Positions 59,401 through 64,000 of a DNA stretch of 64,000 nucleotides are shown here, piece by piece. Position numbers and translations under genes: made by a program. Under the pieces are notes generated by a model. It was given only the letters and a program-made list of their open reading frames with translations, searched no databases and was not told where the DNA came from. Source of the stretch: Lytechinus pictus (taxonomy: Eukaryota). Positions within the stretch are counted from its first letter, which is position 1; the number at the start of each line of letters is the position of its first letter. The DNA lies in the NCBI RefSeq assembly GCF_037042905.1, contig NC_087251.1:3102001-3166000 (forward strand). The letters are read 5' to 3'.

Positions 59401-62400
59401 CCAATGTTTAAGCTCTGCACGATTATAAAACTGTAATTTTGTTTAAACTGTTCAGATTCTTGTATGTACCCTGATATTTTAGTAGATCATGAATTCATCA
59501 TTGTTTTTTATTCCATCTCTAGGTTGAAGATGAGGAAGGGATGGAGGAAGATACAAAGAGCCCAAGGGATGGAGAAACTGAAGACATGGATACTGCTATC
59601 CAAGATGGAGATAAGGAAGAAGAAAAGATGGAAGATGATGAGATGGAGAGGTTAGGTTCCAAGCCAGAGAGTGAGCAGGATCCTAATGCTAAGATGTTGG
59701 TCACCGAGTATGATCCTATTCTTGTCTCGGTTCATGCAGATTCTTTCATTAGATTCTGGACTATGGAGGTAGGTCTTTCTTCATACAACAAGTCAGTTCA
59801 TGGTTAGCTCATCATCAACTTTTCTCAAATGACCATTACGTTTTTTCATTAGGATGAAGATGTTGCTTAAATATTTCACTTATTAATACAGAATCTTGAA
59901 CTATGCAAATCATTCAAAGTCTAAGAATGAAAGGCCTTGTATAGACCAGGTGACTAGAATAGAATAGAGGTAAAGTTAGGAAATCTATTTTATTGTCTGC
60001 TTTTGGCATATTTGACTATTGTTTGGACTACTGTCAAATACCAGTGATTATGAAGACTTTTTTACTCTTTAGCGTGGATGTGATGAAAAAATAATTTAAA
60101 AGTAAGACATGAATAATCATCAAATCACAAATGCCTATGTCAGTGAATTTGAAAACCACCTTCATGGTTTATCTCAAAGAACATTTTACTGCTTGTGTGC
60201 AATTTACAAAACCGTGAACAGGCTTATAGGGTGCTTTCAAACCCTTGTGAGTGTTAGAAACCAAGGGCACAGTGGGAATTTAGTCTATAGTTACATCATT
60301 TCTAGTTGTCCTTTGTGCTGAAAGCTACTAAATGTTGTGTATTCATTACAGCAATGATTTCATGCACAATTATTCATTATTGCTTTATATTCATTCAGTT
60401 TTGAGGATTTTATTTAGTCTTGATTGTAATCTTGTCCATTGGTTTTAGGGAGAGGTTGTGAGGATGTTGAGTCCTATGACTAAGAGACAAGGTTCAGCTG
60501 TAACATCAATCTGTTCAGATGAAGATTGTAATATGATCATTACTGGAGATATGAGTGAGTAGACAGACTTCTATCCTGTATCTGATACTCTATTGCTGTA
60601 CAGGATATGATAATTATATCAAGAACATATCCTATTAGGTTGAAGGAGTATCACCACTCAGAGGCGTCGATCCTGGGGGGGCAGGGGGGCGATCGCCCCA
60701 CCAATGAAAATATTGGGGGGGCAAACATATCGTTTTGCCCCCCCAATAATTCCGCTGATGTGTAAAAATAAATTAAGATTGTAATGTTACACAGAAATCA
60801 ACAAGTGAGATTGAGATACCAACTCGTTCTTTATTTAAAATTGTGCTCAAAATGTCCGCTTTTTAGATTGGAATATAAGAATTTTCAGCTCGCGCTTCGC
60901 GCTCGCATCATTTATGTAGCAAAAACCCATACTTTTCATTATTAAATAGGTGAATAGAATGTCCCATTTTCAGTTCCGAACCTTAACAGAACTACAGCTT
61001 CGATTTGCAATAATCTTTTGTTGGATATATATCTTGTTCTTTATGAAAAAAATGTCCATTAAACTGCCTTTTTTTAGATCGAAATATCAAAATTTTCAGC
61101 TCGCGCTTCGCGCTCGCATCTATTTTTCTATTAGATACCCATCTTAACAATTGGTACCAAAAATGCTTAGAATATCAAGCTTTCAGGTCAGAATATAAAG
61201 AAATTTCAGCTCGCTCTCGGCACTCGCATTATATGTGTAGTGAGATACAAGTATCTATCCTCCTCATGAGTTACTACAAACAGTCCTAAACAGGTACCCT
61301 TTTCCTGTTTTCAATTCAGTATACTAACAAACTTCAGCTCGCGCTTCGCGCTCGCATTAACTTGTTGTTGAGATATGTGTCTCTTTCTCATGTGTCATAT
61401 ATATATATATATATATATAGTGTGTGTGTGTGTGTGTACCTATTTGTGTGAGGGGGGTGAGTTTGTTCGTTTTGTGTGATCAAGCACCTTTGGAACATTG
61501 ATTCATGATTTTGCCCCCCCAATCTGAAAAATGGATCGACGCCCCTGTCACCACTTACAATATTGCAAAAAATGAAGGTTTAATATGTTCAAAGAATTAA
61601 AACTTGCTCAATTTGCAATAAATTAGTGACAGTAGGTCATAAAAATTGGAAATCCCTTATCCACTTCACCAGGTTTCAAATATATGTGTTAACCATAACC
61701 AATTTGTTTACTCCTTCCAGTGCATCTTGGATGTATGATAACCTATGCACCATTTGAACATTGACCATTATACATGGGTGACAATGAGTTATCGCTTATT
61801 GAATCCCCAAATATGTTATATTATGCAGTCCAATATGATAGGGTTCAGGGATAACATAATGGTAGAGAATTTCAGTTGAAGAAAGAACCGTTGAAGAGAA
61901 CCGTTGAAGAAAAAAACTTTAAGATATATTGTTCCATCATTTTGGTGTTCTTATGCAAATACCAGGTTAATTGCCTTTTTAGAAGTTACATTTTTCTTGT
62001 AGATTGATGATGCTCCTTGTTCTCTTTGCATCATAACAAACCATGAGGTATACATCATTATCATCTATATATAGCGTTTTAGCCATACATTAGAAACATG
62101 TATTTTGGTCTGCATCAATTGCTTGTGCAGTATCAGAGTGTATAGAGATAAATATCCCATAGGCTTCTGTAAAAATTTACCGTTGAGTATGAGACCATAT
62201 TGAACAGTCTAGTGCACATGCGTGAATGCGTGAAATATACAATGCGTACAACAATGAAAGCAATGCGAAGAGCAGCATAGATCACAATTACGCTCAATGA
62301 CCAAAATTGATCCTAAAGTGATGCCATAATGTGATAAGTGATTTGACTTGTTCAAATCAAATTCTCCCTCTTTTTTTTTTTTTGGGGGGGGTTGTATAGA

Positions 62401-64000
62401 TGATAATAATTATATTGGATGGCTTTATTTCATGAAATACCAGAAACATTCCACTCGTAATGGCTAATATTTTCCCAAACTCTTGGGATATTTCTGGTAT
62501 TCCATTCTGAGCCATCCAGTATAATAGTATTATTGTCTTGTTTTGTTCATTATTCATTATCATCAGAGGGTTACATAACAATGTGGAATGTTGCTGCACT
62601 CTTGGAGGACCCCCTAACAGATGATCATGTAAGTTATACACAATACCATATATATAAAGATTTCAGTAAAATGTCTATATAGCCAAAGCAAGTATAGGAA
62701 CCAATCATGAAATTGATTGTGTGTGGAGTCACAGTCTTGATTGTTCAAGTAAAATTTCAAGTAGATTTAATTTGAGTCAAATATGTAACTGATAAAAGAG
62801 TTTGGTAATTAACATATTTAAGCTCATACCAACTTAAATTTTGTGCCAAGCTTTTATCTAATTTGTATTTGTTGACTTTCTTTAGCCAGGTGATCATTTT
62901 TCTTTTTCTCAGTGTTGCTAGTGGTCTTTGAATGGTCATTGGTCATTGAATAAATTGAAGAAAATGTTCATGAATTATTCAAGATATATCCTGTAATATA
63001 CATGGTGACTTTACTAAATACTCTTATTGTTTTTACAGGGAGCAGTACAGCAGCTGATAAGTTGGAGAGCTCACCTTAGTAAGATTGTTAGTCTGATCTA
63101 TGTAGATAGGATGAAGATTATCATATCAGGATCAACAGATGGTTCAGTCAGGTATGTAGGTTTCTATTATCATTGTCAAGTTAAAAGCTAATATTTTAAC
63201 TCATCAAATGATGCCTTCTGATTGGTCTAGGGAACATTTTGTGAGAGTTTGTATATTTTTCTTGATAAGAAGTTCTATGAAACTGAGTTTAGTTCTTAAT
63301 CACTGTGTTATGTGGTGAATCATTTTTGTAAGATTAAATGGCTGCATTTACAACAAATTTCAAAACGATTAGTTGGAAGGGATGCATGAAAGAGTAATAA
63401 ACAAACCCCTGCCTATTGCATTGCTAATCACCATGAGAATCAAATTGTTTATTTCTTTCTGATAGAGGTTGTTTAAAAAATAACAATGCCACTTCCATAG
63501 GAGACAAGTGATATTGAAAACTGGAAATATCGGCTGATAGTTGGTAGCAAGATGTAATGACTCAGTGGTACCACTTCACTTGGTCATAATTCATTAACTG
63601 ATTATCCATCCATTATTAGCATGGACAGGATATATTTTCAGAAAAGTTCTCAGATTTATCCAGAAATATTCTAGTCATAGCAATTCACCATTTTTACAAG
63701 TTGATAGAAGTTCCAATAAAAAAAAACTGACATAGAAAATGAATGATACAGGACAATGGAAATAGTGACTGCTGTTACTTAAGAGATCGTATTTGGAGAT
63801 ACCAATTAACACTACATTCTTTTGTGATAGGGTTTGGTATGGTGATGCACCCCAGAGAAGTCACTTCATGGGATTCTTTGGTCAACATAGACCATGGAAC
63901 TACCCCAGTGCTGAAAGCTCAAGTGAACCTGTATTACCCTATGATATAGCTGAGAGACCCCTCCTGCCACCAAAGAGGGAGAATGAGAAGAAGAAACAGA
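38281..64000 (+). CDS. WDR64: WD repeat-containing protein 64-like (N-terminal helical/EF-hand-like region plus WD40 repeats), 3' end beyond window
   Basis: join(38281-38440,40433-40563,40947-41052,41635-41741,43218-43250,47712-47822,49829-50040,50515-50655,51289-51508,51941-52067,53021-53169,53714-53837,54522-54712,56090-56299,56844-56968,58305-58433,58985-59093,59523-59768,60449-60554,62567-62628,63039-63151,63831->64000); all GT-AG, one open frame, over 1000 aa. LFGPDI...FRKISNNPDAKVDWSEIFGYF and KKRRDVI resemble the WDR64 N-terminus as recalled; WD repeats e.g. IATGGNDKIVRIW, LASGAIDGSIRVWD, SGSTDGSVRVW. Confidence 0.88.
38795..38870. repeat. (ATT/GTT)n microsatellite
   Basis: Degenerate trinucleotide run. 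Confidence 0.8.
39292..39879 (+). mobile_element. Kolobok-like MITE copy
   Basis: AGGACAAGTCCACCCC ... GTGAACTTGACCT. Confidence 0.75.
40433..40563 (+). CDS. WDR64: WDR64-like exon 2 (ENLRFDTF...VDWSE)
   Basis: tttcag/gtaaaa. Confidence 0.9.
40947..41052 (+). CDS. WDR64: WDR64-like exon 3 (IFGYF...GEAA)
   Basis: cttcag/gtaatg. Confidence 0.9.
41635..41741 (+). CDS. WDR64: WDR64-like exon 4 (GDKKRRDVI...SVWNCK)
   Basis: attag/gtgaga. Confidence 0.9.
42054..42885 (+). mobile_element. Kolobok-like MITE containing a complete copy of its own family (42172-42773)
   Basis: Inner copy flanked by TTAA (42168-42171, 42774-42777); host sequence resumes AGTTTCGC. Confidence 0.85.
43218..43250 (+). 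CDS. WDR64: WDR64-like exon 5, 33-nt microexon (TLRLQACCDVN)
   Basis: ccaacag/gtaagt, phase 0/0. Confidence 0.75.
43673..44835 (+). mobile_element. HINE family A, full-length copy
   Basis: Collinear with 3905-6106 minus the hAT-like insertion. Confidence 0.8.
45503..46228. mobile_element. TTAA-flanked foldback MITE (Kolobok-like) with ~250-bp arms
   Basis: TTAA|AGGAAACCAAAACCCAAGAAGAG ... CTCTTCTTGGGTTTTGGTTTCCT|TTAA. Confidence 0.85.
47712..47822 (+). CDS. WDR64: WDR64-like exon 6 (ETCWVTG...CVWDH...NQ)
   Basis: tgtag/gtaaga. Confidence 0.9.
49178..49470 (+). mobile_element. tRNA-derived SINE
   Basis: A box TGGTCTAGTGG, B box GGTTCGAATCC, non-tRNA body (CCCAGGTGAGGTGAATGGGTA core), TTA-like tail. 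Confidence 0.8.
49829..50040 (+). CDS. WDR64: WDR64-like exon 7 (SIFCIKP...FGDDQG...)
   Basis: cacag/gtaagt. Confidence 0.9.
50515..50655 (+). CDS. WDR64: WDR64-like exon 8 (PIVKRKFHDNWVLKIKY...)
   Basis: ccatag/gtaagt. Confidence 0.9.
51289..51508 (+). CDS. WDR64: WDR64-like exon 9 (...IATGGNDKIVRIW...GH...)
   Basis: taacag/gtaaat. Confidence 0.92.
51941..52067 (+). CDS. WDR64: WDR64-like exon 10 (VFRIWDIHT...)
   Basis: tgcag/gtgagc. Confidence 0.92.
53021..53169 (+). CDS. WDR64: WDR64-like exon 11 (GSSVLDVW...ESVIK)
   Basis: cctcag/gtaaga. Confidence 0.92.
53714..53837 (+). CDS. WDR64: WDR64-like exon 12 (VWELESG...LASGAID)
   Basis: caatag/gtatat. Confidence 0.92.
54522..54712 (+). CDS. 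WDR64: WDR64-like exon 13 (GSIRVWDF...KLLE)
   Basis: ttacag/gtaagt. Confidence 0.92.
55122..55638 (+). mobile_element. CCCGG-terminal MITE copy
   Basis: TIRs as in 15129-15798. Confidence 0.8.
56090..56299 (+). CDS. WDR64: WDR64-like exon 14 (DPADHG...Ser/Gly-rich...MARE)
   Basis: ctttag/gtgagt. Confidence 0.85.
56844..56968 (+). CDS. WDR64: WDR64-like exon 15 (...LATGCSNGNILLWD...)
   Basis: ttcag/gtaagt. Confidence 0.9.
57131..57972 (+). mobile_element. HINE family A copy (3-4 units)
   Basis: Same termini as the other family A copies. Confidence 0.8.
58000..58165 (-). mobile_element. Decayed tRNA-derived SINE
   Basis: B-box-like GGTTCAATTCC on the - strand. Confidence 0.45.
58305..58433 (+). 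CDS. WDR64: WDR64-like exon 16 (FEMPP...PAYIK)
   Basis: gttag/gtaagc. Confidence 0.85.
58985..59093 (+). CDS. WDR64: WDR64-like exon 17 (KLTVRQEG...QKEK)
   Basis: gttag/gttagt. Confidence 0.85.
59523..59768 (+). CDS. WDR64: WDR64-like exon 18 (acidic insert...HADSFIRFWTME)
   Basis: tctag/gtaggt. Confidence 0.9.
60449..60554 (+). CDS. WDR64: WDR64-like exon 19 (GEVVR...IITGDM)
   Basis: tttag/gtgagt. Confidence 0.9.
60659..61547. mobile_element. hAT-type non-autonomous element
   Basis: TIR CAGAGGCGTCGATCC / GGATCGACGCCCCTG; 8-bp TSD TCACCACT; four internal TTCAGCTCGCGCTTCGCGCTCGCAT-type repeats; (AT)n(GT)n. Confidence 0.88.
62567..62628 (+). CDS. WDR64: WDR64-like exon 20 (KGYITMWNV...DDH)
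   Basis: catcag/gtaagt. Confidence 0.85.
63039..63151 (+). CDS. WDR64: WDR64-like exon 21 (...WRAH...SGSTDGSVR)
   Basis: ttacag/gtatgt. Confidence 0.92.
63831..64000 (+). CDS. WDR64: WDR64-like exon 22, partial (VWYG...HFMGFFGQHRPW...)
   Basis: gatag acceptor, open to window end. Confidence 0.88.

Noticed and set aside
63743..63949. Apparent premature stop or frameshift in the last WDR64 exon
   Set aside because: The listed ORF is a different frame; the spliced phase-2 frame (VWYGDAPQRSHFMGFFGQ...) is open to the window end

Overview
AT-rich, intron-rich animal genomic DNA. The repeat families and the divergent intronless GPCR suggest a sea urchin or similar invertebrate deuterostome (inference, not established). 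Two spliced + strand genes were reconstructed by hand with phase-consistent GT-AG introns. The first is a complete presenilin (10 coding exons, 11952-31216, about 517 aa, YD/GLGD/PAL motifs). The second is a 3'-incomplete WDR64-like WD40 gene (22 exons from 38281 to the window end). An intronless 357-aa rhodopsin-class GPCR lies antisense inside the large first coding intron of presenilin. The most notable observations are: (1) a second, alternative presenilin start exon (20725-20832), so both N-termini carry PSEN2-like acidic dileucine sorting motifs; (2) a perfect 118-bp palindrome made of two minimal Penelope-type hammerhead-like motifs; (3) Helentron-type non-autonomous elements whose internal satellites carry at least 14 perfect nuclear-receptor DR1 sites; (4) multi-level nested DNA transposon insertions with readable TSDs; (5) tiny CATG-ended palindromes that look like transposon excision footprints. 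No database searches were run; family names come from motif recognition.
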